Counted from the stretch's first letter, positions 35,597-51,909 are shown. The stretch is 54,101 nt of DNA from Prorocentrum cordatum (GCA_963575745.1 CAUYUJ010000263.1:62001-116101), one strand, 5' to 3'. Notes: generated from the letters alone by a model not told the origin. Numbers and translations: made by a program.

Positions 35597-36694
35597 GACT
35601 GGCCCGGGTTGTCAGGCTCAGCTGAAGAGTCCCGGAACCGCACGCTTGGTGACGGTGCGCTTGGTCGTTGCAGAGTCGCAGTTAGGTTTAGCCCGCATTC
35701 CAGTTTTGCATGGGGCGCCGCAGGGCGCGCGCCCACGCGACTTGCGCGCAGTGGCCAGACAGTTCAGAACCATAGCAGATGCTCAATGTTCGAGTTGAAG
35801 TTGCGAGACGCAGTGTCCGCTGCTGCCACGCTGCTGCGTCTCCTCGCTGGGCCCCGCTCCAATTGCCTAGTGCTTCTCTGGTCCCTTCTCTACTCCCGCT
35901 CGTCCACGCCCAATTCGCCTTCCCACGCTGACCCCGACCCCCGACGCACTTCTCTGTTTGGCATCGTTCAGAGATGGCCCTGCCTCCGCAGCAGACCGCG
36001 ACTGGCAATGCTGCTATCCTGGAAATGCCGCTCGCTGAAAGTGACACTCGGGTTACAGGTGCGCGCCCTTGCTTCCATCATTTCCCTTCTGCGCGAGGGC
36101 AAAATGGCAATTCCAAACAGCTCGAAATCTCGTCTCAATCACTCCAGCCTTTCAGAACCTCCCCGAAATCATTCGAAACCATTTGAAATCATCTCAAAAA
36201 CACACCAGGCCTCTCCGAAATCATGTGAAAGCATTTGGAACCAGTTCGAAATGACTTCGATATCGCATGGGATCACCCCGAAATCATCCGAAATCATTCC
36301 GACACCCCTTGGGGTCCTCTCCAACTTTAAATGTGGTTTGCATTGTTCATGGTGTGTAGCAGCAACATCATATCTCGTCGTTTTGCTTTGCTTCATCATT
36401 GTCTCTTACCTCTCACAGGCTCGCGCAAGGCCAAAGGTGATTTCACATGGCACAGGGGGGGCAACTGGTCACGGGGTGAGCGCGGGCGCGGGGGCGCATG
36501 GCAATGGGGGGATGGGGGGCCAGCGGCAACGCATGGAGGGGGGGGGGGGGGGGGGGACTGGCAACGATGGAAGGGGGGCAAGTTGTAGGAGGAACAAATA
36601 GTAACAGAGGGAGGGTGGGCCAAATGGTAACCCAACGCGTCGTCGTCGTCGTCGCCGCAGCAGCTCGAGACTTTCTACCGCTAGTTTAGGAGAA

Positions 36695-36945
36695 GTGGCC
36701 CTCCCAGGTGGGGTGGCTCTAAGGACCTCCGTGAGGGGGTGGCTCTCGGTGGCCTCCAGGTGGCGGCTCCCGCGCGGGATGGCCCCCAGGCGGGGCGGCT
36801 CTCAGGGCCTGCGAGGGGGCGGCCCCCAAGCGGAGCGGCTCCCAAGCGGGGTGGCTCTCAGGACTTCCGTGAGGGGGCGGCCCCCGGATGGGGTGGCTCT
36901 CAGTGGCCCTCCCAGGTGGGGTGCCTCCCAGGTGGGGTGGCCCCT
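36695..36945. repeat. GC-rich minisatellite (gtggctctc / cccaggtggggtgg units)
   Basis: Repeated gtggccctcccaggtggggtg and ggac(c/t)tccgtgaggggg motifs. Confidence 0.7.
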
Positions 36946-37006
36946 TCTTAGGGCCATTCGGGGTCGTCCAGGCTACTTGGCGACCCTTATTGGGCCCTCC
37001 CGCGCG

Positions 37007-37028
37007 GTCGTAGCCGTTTTGGCTCGAG
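37007..37028 (+). other. SL relict upstream of the plus-strand gene
   Basis: GTCGTAGCCGTTTTGGCTCGAG matches the dinoflagellate SL at 19/22 positions. Confidence 0.75.
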
Positions 37029-37114
37029 CTATTTCTGAGGTCAGATGGCAGCCAATCTGAGGTGCATTCGCCGAACCAGGCAATAGCCGCCTCATCTTCA
37101 GAGGCAGTCGTGGG

Positions 37115-40339
<3,225 letters not shown>

Positions 40340-42551
40340 AGGGGGCCCAGTTATGCGCTGCAGCTTTTGAAGCTCCGGTGATCGCGGAGTGAACAACAGC
40401 AGCGCATTCTGATCAAGCGCGACGGCTGCCTTGGGCGGCTGCACGTTGGGGAGGGGGGGGGGGGGGGGGGGGGCAGAACAACTGTCCAGGGGGGGCATGA
40501 GAAGGCGCCCTGGAGGAATGGGAACAGCGGTTCTCTCAGATACTTTCCACGTCGGGTACCGTCAGTTGGGCTCGGCGTGCTCGCGTTTAAATAGCAACCT
40601 CCCTTGGTAAGCCGGCCTGGAACATGCGACGCCCGCATGGGTTTGCACGCCCCTCCCCGCTCCTCCACCATCACCCCGCGAGGGGGCGAGGGCGGGGGCG
40701 TGGATGGGGCGAGTGAGGAGAGGGGCAGGCGGGGGGAGGAGTGATTTGACTGCGATGAAACAGCCAGGGGCCCAAATCGCCCGGGATTTTGTTTGGGCCG
40801 CCCTCTCGGTCGGCACTGGGCCGAACGGAGCCGCGTTTGAGGCGCAAGCTCAGAGAACTGTTGGCGAAGATGACTACATCGAATATCACCGAGGTCGGCG
40901 ACGACGATGACGACGGCGCATGGGACTGCGGCGGCAAGAGCATTTGCGACAGCACGCCCGTGGACTTGTGGACGGCGCCTGATCCTGTTTCGACACCGAG
41001 GCCTCGTGGAAAGTTGATCTGCCCCGAGAGTGAGGCTGCCGCGCTGCGCCAGCCCGAGCGTCGCAGGGCCATTTACCGCACGCACGCCTGCGGCGCGTGG
41101 CCCCCGAGGCTAGGCTCAAACATCAAGCGAGCTGCCCCGTGGATCGTTCCCCGCGCCGCGCATTTGAGTCAGGTGGCGGCGGTGCCGCGACAGGGGCACT
41201 AACACTCAGGAGCCGGGTTTCCTAAGGAACAGAGCGTCGACGAGACGGGGGGCCGCTGGGTGGGGGGGGGGCAGGGAGGGGGGCCGCGCTCGGAACAACG
41301 GACACATGCGCGCGAGGATGGGCGCGGCAATGTTGCCCCGTCCGTCCGAGCATGGCCAGGAGACCCCGGCTGATACGACCAGTCCTACGTAAGAGTTGCC
41401 GCATCGCTGTCGGGCCCCGTGGGTTCTGAAGCAATGTCTGGGAGGTCCTGAAGCGCTCCCTTGGGACAATAGAGGGCCCCAGTGGCCCCTAAGGGGATCG
41501 GAAGGGGCCCCGCGGACACTCTTGAGCTTGAGGGGACCGATCATGCCCACTAGAACCCACAGAGGGCCCCAGTACGAAGCCGCGCGCGTATCCAAACATT
41601 GTATGCGCTGTTTCAATGTCCATGTGTACGGTGACAACCTGACTTCCAAACGTATCCATATTGTCACGCAGCGCGTATACCCTGACCCCCACCCCCCACC
41701 CCCCACCCCCTAGGCCAACTTCACCCGCGCGTGCACGGCCCGCCCATTTCCTTAGCATCTCTGCCACGACAAGGCACACACGAATACGAACTATGAGCAA
41801 AACAAGTACGCACGTCAACATATCCGCCATTAGCGGCCGAACTAAATCATACATTGTGCTACGGCCAGCTAGTAGCAAGCGGCTCACCATCATGGGGTGG
41901 GTTTAGGGTCTGTTCGAGACCCGTTGAGGCCATCCTGGGACCTTTTTGGGGTTTCCTCTGGAACACTCTCGCGGCCTTCCTGGAGCCCTCCTTCGGCCAT
42001 GGTTGGGCTCTCTTCACGCCCTCGCGGGCCGTCGAAGCTCGTTCGCCCGCCAGCGGGCGAGTGATCCAATCGTTTTCTCGACGTTGGCAGCGCGCGCAAG
42101 CGATCGCAATCAGGCAAGTGAGCGACTGGCCCCATCGCAACCGGCCCGCATTACAAATAAACAAGCAAGCAGTTCCCCCTCCCCCCCTAAGGGCAAGCGC
42201 TTGCACCGACTGAATTGCGCAAAAAACTGAAGAAACCCACTCCCGAATCGTTCGGGGAAGCCAGAACCACTCCAGAACCAAGCGGCCCCCTCCAGAATCA
42301 CTCGGGGCCCTGGTTGTCCCCCCTAACCGCAACGAGCCCGCGAACGCGGACATCACATCTTGGAGCTTCTGTGGGGCCTCTTAGGGACTCCTGGGGGGTC
42401 TTAGGGCTTCCTTGGCCCGTCTGACGACGTTGGAGGCCGTGCTGGGGGTTTTGGGGCCGTCTTGGGGGCTTACTGGGCCGTCTTGGGGCTCCATTGGAGG
42501 CGTCTGGGGCCCGCTTCGGCGATCGGGCGCCAGAAACGGTGAGAATGCGAA

Positions 42552-42729
42552 CTCCAGATTTCGTAATAAAAGAGAGGGGGTCTGGACTCTCCAAGACAAG
42601 CCATTTCAGACCTCCCCCGTGGGAGAACCCTCCAAAACATCGTCCCCAGACCCCCCAGGCCCTCCAAGATAGCCCGGAAGAGACCCCCCCCGAAATGAGA
42701 CCCCCCGCCCTTTATTACGAAATCTGGAG
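42552..42729. mobile_element. Second copy of the ctccagatttcgtaataaa-TIR MITE
   Basis: Near-identical to 11727-11906; flanked by AA on both sides rather than TA. Confidence 0.85.
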
Positions 42730-45153
42730 AACTGGATTCACCAATTGTTGTTGATCACGGATGTTTGTGCCTCCTCGGGCCCTTTCTTGGGGTCCTCTTG
42801 GGGCCCTCTTGCTCTCTATCGGGGGCCTCGTGGGCCGTGCCAGGGCGTCTTGGGGCCCGCTTGGGCTGTATTGGGAAATTCCAGCAAGAGTTTAAGCTTC
42901 GACGAGCCAAGCATGACGAGCCAGAGGGGGCGGATCGAAGACGCTTACGGCGAAGCGAACCACCGCCGCCCCCTTCTTTTGGAAGCTCTGGTGCTGCGGC
43001 CAAGCGATGGGCCAAAGCCTGGCAAAGCTATTGGACTATGTGTTCCCCCAGTCGTCGTGGAAGCCCTTGGTGGGAATCGCGGGAGGAAGAGGATGGATGA
43101 GAAGGAGGAGGAGGAGGAGGAGGAGGAGGAGGAGGAAGAGAGGGAAAGGCATAGAGGAGGTGAGGGAGGAAAGGAAGGACGACTTGACCCGACTGACGCC
43201 TTCGGGTCCTCTTGGATTCCTTTTGGGGCGTCTTCGGAGCTTTTTGAGCCGTCTTGAGGCGATCTTGGGCAGCCTTGGAGACCTCTGATGCCGTCTTGGG
43301 CCATCTTGGAGCAACATGAGATCCGCTCGGGGCCATCTCAGCCGTCCTGGAGGCAACTTGGAGGCGGCCATCTTGGGCGGGATTGCCAGCGGAATGTACC
43401 GTTTACGCGGCCTTCCGGGTGGTCGGCTGGATGCGCCGAGACCACACTGTCAGCGCATAGGATGGGCCAAAGATCTTGATGGCACGCCAGGTTGGCACAC
43501 CGAACATGCGGCAAGCCAAAGTTGGTGGCGGATCCAAGACACCTACGGCGAACCACCGCTGCCCTCTGCTTTTTAGAAACGCCAGTGCGGCCGACCGTTG
43601 GGCCGAAGTCCTACCCAGCTATTGGACTATTTGTTCCCAGAGCCGTTGCGCAAGCCGTTGGGGGAGCACTCGCGGGAGGCAGAGAGAGAGAGAGAGGAAG
43701 AGGAAGAGGAGGAGGAGGAGGAGGAGGAGGAGGAGGAGGAGGAGGAGGAAGATGATGAGGAAAACATGGAGTAGGAGGAGGAGGGAACTGGAGGCCTCTC
43801 GGAGGCCTCCTGAGGGTTTCCTGGTCGCGTAATGCCGACCGTCTCGCGCGCCGCGCTGGCTGGGCGGGCCCAGGTGTTCTGCTGCTTCTCCCATGTGTGC
43901 ACGGCTTTGCCTGTGCCCGTGCGTCGCCAGTCTTCAGATGCTTTGCCCTTGTCCACAGGTTCCCAAGATTGTTTCCCTCCTTCGCCTCACTGCCCCCCTC
44001 TCTCTATATTCCCCCTTCTTTGTCTCCGTCTTCCCCCCATCTTCATCTTCCGCCGAATTGCCGCTTCTCCGACTAAGTATTTGGGCGTTGTTCGTCTCCA
44101 GCCTGGAATGCGTGGGCCCACGTGCTGCGGGGACTGTCCCGCGCTCGTCAGCATCACATCCCCGCCCCCCGCCCCCTCTTGATCGCCGTCCTCTGCAAAC
44201 CCGCACCCTTCCTTCCGCGGCCCCCAGGGAAGCGGTGTAGACAGATCTTTGGTGGTCCACGATGTGAACAGAACACGGCATCGGAGATCTGGATTCGTCG
44301 TCTGGCGCTGGCGTCAGGAACGGCGTCGTTGTCGGCGTCTTCGTCTTCGTCGTCGTCGTCGTCGCTGTCGTCGTCGTCGTGGTCGTCGTCGTCGTCGTCC
44401 CCCTTTCCTCTGCAAATCCGCGCCCGCTTCCCCGCGCGCAAGTCCTCTGCTCATCTCTCCCTGGCCCCCGCTCCACGGTCCGGCCGAGCCCGCCAACGGT
44501 GGCGACGCACGGCCTGCAGCAGCACCCGCGCCGCGGGCGAACAGCAACAAGAATCGTTCGCCCGCGGCGCGGCGCGGTTTCCTCCTCCCCGCTATTTCCC
44601 CCCCCCAAGACCCCCTCGCGCCGTGAAAATATACCAGCGGAAGATGTTTCCAGATTTTCGGCCTGCGGGGTCCTTCCCCTGGCCTCGGGGCCGTGGATGG
44701 AAGAACCTGGCTTGGGACAAGGGTCCTTTAGACGTAAGAGTGACCTTTCGCCGGAATGGCCTTTGGTGTGGGTCCACTGGGGTCTCCCGATCGCCGAACG
44801 CGAGGCGGCAGTGGCGTCTTGCGCGCTTGTGCGTGGTCCCCCCGCGGCCCCCCAAAAGCCGCGCACCAAAGGACACTCTCGCCCAGGGTCACTCTTGCGT
44901 GCAGCCGAAAACGTAATGATTTCCACACAATATTGAAACAGTTGGGACATCGGATGTCTGGGTCCTCATCCCCTCTACTCCCCCCCTCCACCCCGCCGCT
45001 CGCTCGTTCGCTTCGTTCCCGTGCCGGTTCATGGCATCAGTCAGGGTGGTCTCAGCAGCGGCTGGGGAAAATTCGCTCCGCATCGGCAAAATCGAGATGC
45101 GTGTGTGTGTATGTGTGTGTGTGTGTATGTGTGTGTGTTTGTGCTTGCGTGTG

Positions 45154-45184
<31 letters not shown>

Positions 45185-45630
45185 AAGAGGTGTGTGAGAG
45201 AGGTGTGTGTGTGTTTGCGTGCGCGCGCGTGTGTGGGCATGTGCGTGCGTGCGTGCCTGTGTGCGTGCATGTGTGTGTATGTCTAGGTATGTGTGTGCGT
45301 GCGTTCGTGCCTGTGTGTGTTCGTGCGTGCGTGCGTGCGTGAGTGCGTGTGTGTGTGTGTGTGTGTGTTCGTGCGTGCGTGCGTGCGTGCGTGGGTGGGT
45401 GTGGGTATGTGTGTGTTAGTGTGTGTTGGATCCACGTCCCTGGCCTCTGAAGGGGGCCGGCCGCGAGCGTTTCCCGCTTCAACCTTTGCGACCCTCTGCG
45501 CCTCGATGCTGCGCGCGAGGCCGCGACGCCCGAAAAGGTGGTGCGTGTGTTGCCGGCGTGGGCGTGGGTGTGAGTGTGTCGCTCTCTCTTTCTCTCTCTT
45601 TCTCTCCTCTCTCTCTCTCTCTCTTTCTTT

Positions 45631-45666
<36 letters not shown>

Positions 45667-46551
45667 GTTTTCTTTCTCTCTCTCTCTCTCTCTCTCTCCC
45701 TCTCTGAGGAGGAGCAGCATGGGGTGGAGGCAGAGGAGGGGGAGGAGTAGGCGTAGGACGACGCGGCAGGGGTGCCTTCCGAGGGCCCTCCCCCCAGGAA
45801 GGCCCGCCGTGGAGGCGGGCGGGGAGGAGGAGGAGGAGAGGCGGTGCAGCAGGGCGTGAAGGCACGAGGAGGGGGAGGAGCAGGAGCAGGACGACAACGC
45901 CCGACGTCCGCGGACATGGTTGCCTTTCAGTCCGTGGGTTCTCTTTCTCCTCTCTCCCTCTCTCCCCCTCTCTCCCCCTCTCTCCCCCTCTCTCCCCCTT
46001 TTCTCTTCTCTCCCCCTCTCTCCCCCTTTCTCCTCTCTCCCCCTCTCTCCCCCTCTCTCGCCCTCTCTCGTTCTCTACATACACACTCACAAATCTGTCG
46101 TTATGTCTAGCGCGTGGGGTCGGCGCCAAGGCCGCCCAGCGCGACGCGGCGGACCGCGCCCTCGCATACTTCGTGGGCGCGTGGGGCCAGGCGCTGCAGC
46201 GGCAGGCGCTGGGGCCAGAGGCGCCCTGGCGTTCCTGGCCGGGTAGGGCCAGGGGAGGCGAGGCTCGGGGGCGCTAAGAGGGAGGAATGATTGAACGGGG
46301 GGGGGACCATGGCCAGGGCCATGACATCATGCCATCTCCGAGGCATCACGGTGCTTTTTATGTTTGTTCTTATGTACGTGTTGGTGTTATCAATCGTATT
46401 AGCCGTATGCGTCTGCTTCTTCTTCTCATTCGTATTTTGAATGTTATTATTTGTCTCACGAGTATGACATCATTCGCTTGCGTTTATGACTTAGTAGTGT
46501 GTGATGTTATGTATTGTTTAGTGTGTTCTATGCTTGTCATCATGTTAATAC

Positions 46552-47087
<536 letters not shown>

Positions 47088-47656
47088 ATAGTCTTCCCAA
47101 CATATTGATCAGTAGTATACTTAATAGTGTTCGTATGATTTCAACGCGTCCCCTAATCATTAGTATACTTAATAGCGTTTGTATTATTTCAACGCGTCCC
47201 CTAGTCTCCCCCCTCGTCGACGCACGTCCATGCTGGTGCAGAGGAGGCTAAGGCTACGTTCTGGCGGTCAAGGTCCAGTTGTTCCACCGATTAGCTTCTG
47301 GAACTGCCCATGTTGCGGCCAAAAGCTGATATCGCAAACAAGATCAGTTAGAGAGTCGCGAGCAAGGCCAGAAGCAAGTCGCACGCCACCGCCGCATCGC
47401 CCGCCCTGTTCCGCCCACCCCGTGGTGATGACGATGCCGATGTTCACGACTCTATGGTTTTGATGGTGCTGGTGACGTGTGCGAGCTCTGCGAGGCCTGC
47501 TCGTGTTGTTGCCTACTGGCGGCAGCCCGCACAGGGCGCGCCTCTGCCCACGTCCTGTCCTTCGCCCCAACCCCGTCTCGGACGGCAGGGGAAACAGGCC
47601 TCTGATGGCCGCTCCCGGCCGCCTTCGCGGGCCCGCGCGGGCAGGGTTACGACGCT

Positions 47657-48703
47657 GAGAGGAGGAGGAGGAGGAGGAGGAGGAGGAGGAGGAGGAGGAG
47701 GAGGAGGAGGAGGAGGAGGAGGAGGACAAAGCTTGGTGGAGGAGGAGGAGGGGGAGGAGGAGGAGGAGGAGGAGGAGGAGGAGTAGGAGGGGCACGAGGA
47801 GCTGCCCCGAGAAACAGCCAGGCCTGTCTCCGATCCAGATGGCCCTCTCGGATCTGCCCCGCAGGGGAGTCTGGTTCACGATCCAGCTTCCGGCGTCCCC
47901 GTCCGTCCAGTGCGCCTCCCTGGCCTGCCCTCCTCCCGGCCTCCTTTTCCTCCTACTTCTCCCCCTCCCAGCCTCCTTCTCCTCCTCCAAGCCTCCTTCT
48001 CCTCCTCCTCCTCCTCCTCCTCCTCCTCCTCTCCGCTCCTCCTCCAAGCCTCCAAGCCTCCAAGCTCCAAGCCTCTCCTCCCTCCTCCAATCCTCCTCCT
48101 CGTCCTCCTCCCGCTCTCCTCCGGCAGGCAAGCCTCCTCCTCCTCCTCCTCCTCTCCTCCTCCTCCTCATCTCCTCCTCTCCTCCTCCCCTCCTCCCAGC
48201 CGCCTCCTCCTCCTCCTCCTCCTCCTCCTCCTCCTCCTCCTCCTCCCCTCCGCCTCCTCTCCTCCTCCTCTTTCTCCTCCTCCTCCTCCTCGTCCTCCTC
48301 CTCCTCCTCCTCCGCCTCCTCCTCCTCCTCATCCTCCGCCTCCTCATCCTCCTCCCAGCCTCCTCCTCCGCCGCCTTCCGCCCTCCGCTCCGACGCCCAA
48401 GGCCGACAAGGCCCGCCCCCCTGCCTCCCCGGCGGGCGAGCGGCGGGACCGTGCACCTCTCCGCGCGGCCGCGGGGGGCGAGCGGCGGGCCCTGGAGGAG
48501 CACTGCGCCTACGAGGGCGGCCCGTGCGGCGGCGAGGGGGCTGGGAGGAGGAAGAGGTGGGAAGAGGGAGGAGGAGGAGGAGGAGGAGGAGGAGGAGGAG
48601 GAGGAGGAGGAGGGAGAGGAAGGACGAGGACAGGGAGGCGAAGGAGAGGAGGAGGATTAGGAGGAGGAGGAGGAGGAGGAGGAGGAGGAGGAGGAGGAGG
48701 AGG
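47657..48703. repeat. (GGA)n/(CCT)n low-complexity block
   Basis: Alternating gga and cct tracts. Confidence 0.9.
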
Positions 48704-49022
48704 ACCAGTGTAAACCCAAGAGTCATCAACGATGTTGGAATTAACCCTCCCCCAAGCTCCCTCTTCGTAGGCCCCTACAACGGGTCATTTCCATTGAGGG
48801 AACTGCCTCGTTGGAAGACAACCGTTTGAAGACCGTGAAGCATGCCAAAACATTTTTCTCAGGATTTCCACGCCGTGGTTCAACCTGACTGCTGCGTCCT
48901 GACGATCTGGAATCGTACAAGAACGCCAATTGTGGGACTTCAACACCGCGAATCAACCTAACTAGTGTTCCCGCATAATCCTGAATCCTTCCAAACGCAA
49001 TTTCTGGTAAGTTGATCATGGG

Positions 49023-49403
49023 AATCCGTGAAACTCTTCCAAAAGGTTAGAACGAATTCGCGCGGCGCTAAGTCGAGAGCCACCTTTTGAAACGGAACCG
49101 CCCTCAATCCGTGAAACTCTTGCCCATCTTGAAAAGGGAATGTGTGCGGCGCTAGGGCGAGAGCCACAGTTTGAAAACCACCCGCCCTCATGTGTGCGCG
49201 GCGCGCAGGCGAGAGCCACATGTTGAAAACCGCCCGCCCTAAATCCGTGAAGCTCTTGCAAGTCTTGAAATCGCATGTGCGCGCTCAGGCGAGAGCCACA
49301 TGTTGAACATCACCCGCCCTCAAGCCGTGAAGCTCTCGCAAATGTTTAATACGAATGTGCGCGGCCCTCAGGCGAAAGCCACGCGAAACGCCCGGCCCGC
49401 CCT
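49023..49403. repeat. ~80-bp diverged tandem repeat (four full units plus one truncated)
   Basis: Unit aa(t/g)ccgtgaa(a/g)ctct...gcgc..ggcgagagccac..ttgaaa..ccgccct. Confidence 0.85.
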
Positions 49404-49694
49404 AAGACATTGCTTCGGGGTGCGACAGGGAGATTTATTTATAAGGAAGGAGGAGGAGGAGGAGGAAGCTTGGAGGAGGAGAAGACGGAGGAGGAGGAGG
49501 AGGAGGAGGAGGAGGAGGCTGGGAGGCGGGAGGCGGGAGGCGGTAGGCGGTAGGTGGGAGGCGGGAGGCGGGAGGCGGGAGGCGCAAGGAGGGCTTTTTT
49601 TGACTGCACTTGGCTCGTTGCAAGTAGCTTGAGCTGGGTGGCCGAGGTCGGCCAGGCGGCAGACAGAGCCCGCCTAGCGGGCACAGCAAAGGTT

Positions 49695-51287
49695 CTCCGC
49701 TCCTGGTCCGTCCGCAGGCAAAAGCGATTCTTCGCCATTGGACCTGCATGATGGGCGGGGGAGGTATTGGCACCGAAGGGGAGGGAGGGGGAATAATATG
49801 AAGAGAGGGGATCGGTGCCGTGCGAGAAACACTGAGCGCGCCATCTAGGCGTTGCCCTATGCGGGCAGCGCTGCACGACCGAAGAGCAGCAAAGCTAGCC
49901 TCAGGGACGGCCACCTGGGAGCATGGCTTAACCATGGAAATGAGCGGGATGAGTAGGAAGAGGGCCAAAATGGCTTTGCCGCGCTGTAGGGCGGCCGTGG
50001 GGGAGCGGACCAGGAGGGAGAGGCTGGCGTTGCCGCCAAGAGATTAGGAAACCCCATCGGTAACGTATGTGACCGGAAAAGGGGGCAGGTGAGAGAGCGC
50101 CTGTGCTGTGCTGGACGTCTTGGAGTAAACGAGGGAAGAGGGGAGGGATGAACATAAGGGAGGGATAGGGATTATCTTGTCCAGCCAAGCAGCGCTAGGG
50201 CGCGGTAGCTGTCAGTAGAGGTACGCCCCTCTGACGGCCAGCATTAGCCGAGAGTTGCTCGGCAGGTGGGATGTACTGAGGCGGCATCTTTACTTGCCGC
50301 AATAGCCATGAGACTAGGAAGCCCCATCGGTTACGCACGTGACCGGAAAAGGGGCAGGTGAGAGAGCGCCTGTGCTGTGCTTGGCGTCTAGGTGTAAACG
50401 TGGTGAGAGGGGAGGGAAGAATATATGGGAGGGAGAGGGATTATCTTGCCAAGCCAAGCAACACTAGGGCGCGGTAGCTGTCCGTAGAGGTACGCACCTC
50501 TGATGGGCAGCATTAGCTGAGAGTTACTCGGCGGGTGGGATGTGCTGCGGTGGCAGCTTTGCTTGCCGCAGTATCGACTCAGCCGTGGCGAGTCTGCGAA
50601 TTGCGCTGTGAGCATTGCTCCGACCGCTCTTCTGGTAGCGTGGCTGCTCAAAAGTGTCGCTTTGGCCTGGCCGCAATGCTGCGGCAAGAATGAGTGAAAC
50701 TAGAGACTGGTGCTGGCTACAGCTCTTGCAGCTGGCCCGCCCTCTGGATGGGGCTGAAGAGAAGAGCTGAAGGGCCCGCTGCGACGAGACTATAGGACAG
50801 TTCGGCCGCCCTTAGATTGGAGCAGCATAGCTCCTCAGCTGGTGAATTACGGTACGTGTGGCTGGCTAGGGCTATCTAGGTGGTGGGCTGCCGATATAAG
50901 CAGAGACTAGGGTATTAGGCTGGCCCATCACCTATGAAGACTCAGCCGTGGCGAGTCTGCGAATTGAGCTGTGAGCATTAGCTGTCCGCTCTTCTGGTAG
51001 CGGGGCTAGCTAAAAGTGTCGCGTTGGCTGCACTAGTGCGGCAGAGAGGTGTGAAGCTGGAGACTGGTGCTGGCTACGACTCTTGCAGCGGGCCCTTGGA
51101 ATGGGGCTGAATGAAACAACTGAAGGGCCCGCTGCGACGGGATTGCAGGACGGCTCAGCCGACCTTAAATTGGAGCAGCACGGCTCTCCAGCTGTAAATA
51201 TTCGGCTCGTGTGGCTGGCTAGGGCTGTCTAGGTGGTGGGCTGCCGAGGTGAACAGAGACTAGAGTATTAGGCTAGTCCACCACCTA
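49695..51287 (+). ncRNA. Putative tandem array of structured RNA domains: A0 (~49695-50020), A1 (50041-50310), A2 (50311-50575), B1 (50576-50938), B2 (50939-51287)
   Basis: Tandem diverged repeats with many stems and compensatory changes. G-U pairs favour the plus strand. Expression is not shown. Confidence 0.55.
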
Positions 51288-51359
51288 TTGGTTGCGCCGA
51301 GGTCGCCCGCGTCGACCTGGGATGGCGCCGGCTGAGAGGCGGCACGCTCTAGGGCTCGC

Positions 51360-51880
51360 TCATGCACCGCGCGGCTGCCGTACGGCCGCCGCCGCCGCCG
51401 TTCGCGCCCTGGCCTCCTGCGCTGCGGCCTGCTGCTGGCTGAAGTGGTCCAGCATCATGGTCTCGACCTCTGAGATGGTCGCCAGGCCTGGAGCCTCTAT
51501 CCATTCCCAGTCCCAAGTTTCGACGACCTGGCCGTCGATGACGTCGAGCGACTTGAGCTTCCAGACGAACGGGTAGAGCATGCCGTTAGGCATCTTCCAC
51601 TCGCCAGGGTACGTAGCTGGCCACCACTTTTTGAACTCCTTGGTGGCGGCAGTGCACTGGGAGCCCTGCCACGCCGAGCCCGACCGCGTGTCGCCTGGTA
51701 GGCCGAAGAGCTCCAGCGCGTTGGGCGGCGCCTTGCCTGGCTCGGCCGCGGCCCCCTGCGGGGGCGTGGTCCCCTCTGTCGCCGCCGAAGCGCGCCCGCC
51801 CGCAGGAACCACGGCTGCGTTGCGCGCGCTGAGAGGAGGGGGAGTGCGGAAGGCGCGAAAAGAAATAGCCCATAAGCCAA
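51360..51880 (-). CDS. Orphan Trp-rich protein (start uncertain)
   Basis: Non-repetitive, globular-looking sequence KKWWPATYPGEWKMPNGMLYPFVWKLKSLDVIDGQVVETWDWEWIEAPG with GC3-biased codons. Confidence 0.45.
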
Positions 51881-51909
51881 CGGCCAGATATGAGTGAATC
51901 CTAACTGGC

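Noticed and set aside
47250..47460. WNCPCCGQKL zinc-finger-like fragment
   Set aside because: An isolated short motif with no supporting ORF context.
49964..49975. 12-nt match to the SL core (AGCCATTTTGGC, minus strand)
   Set aside because: The flanks do not match the SL, so chance is plausible.
50041..51287. Hammerhead ribozymes, RNase P/MRP, or DIRS/Ngaro split direct repeats
   Set aside because: No CUGANGA/GAAA core is conserved between copies. The MRP-like words are too short to support a call. The AABB order and high divergence do not fit the A-body-BAB layout.
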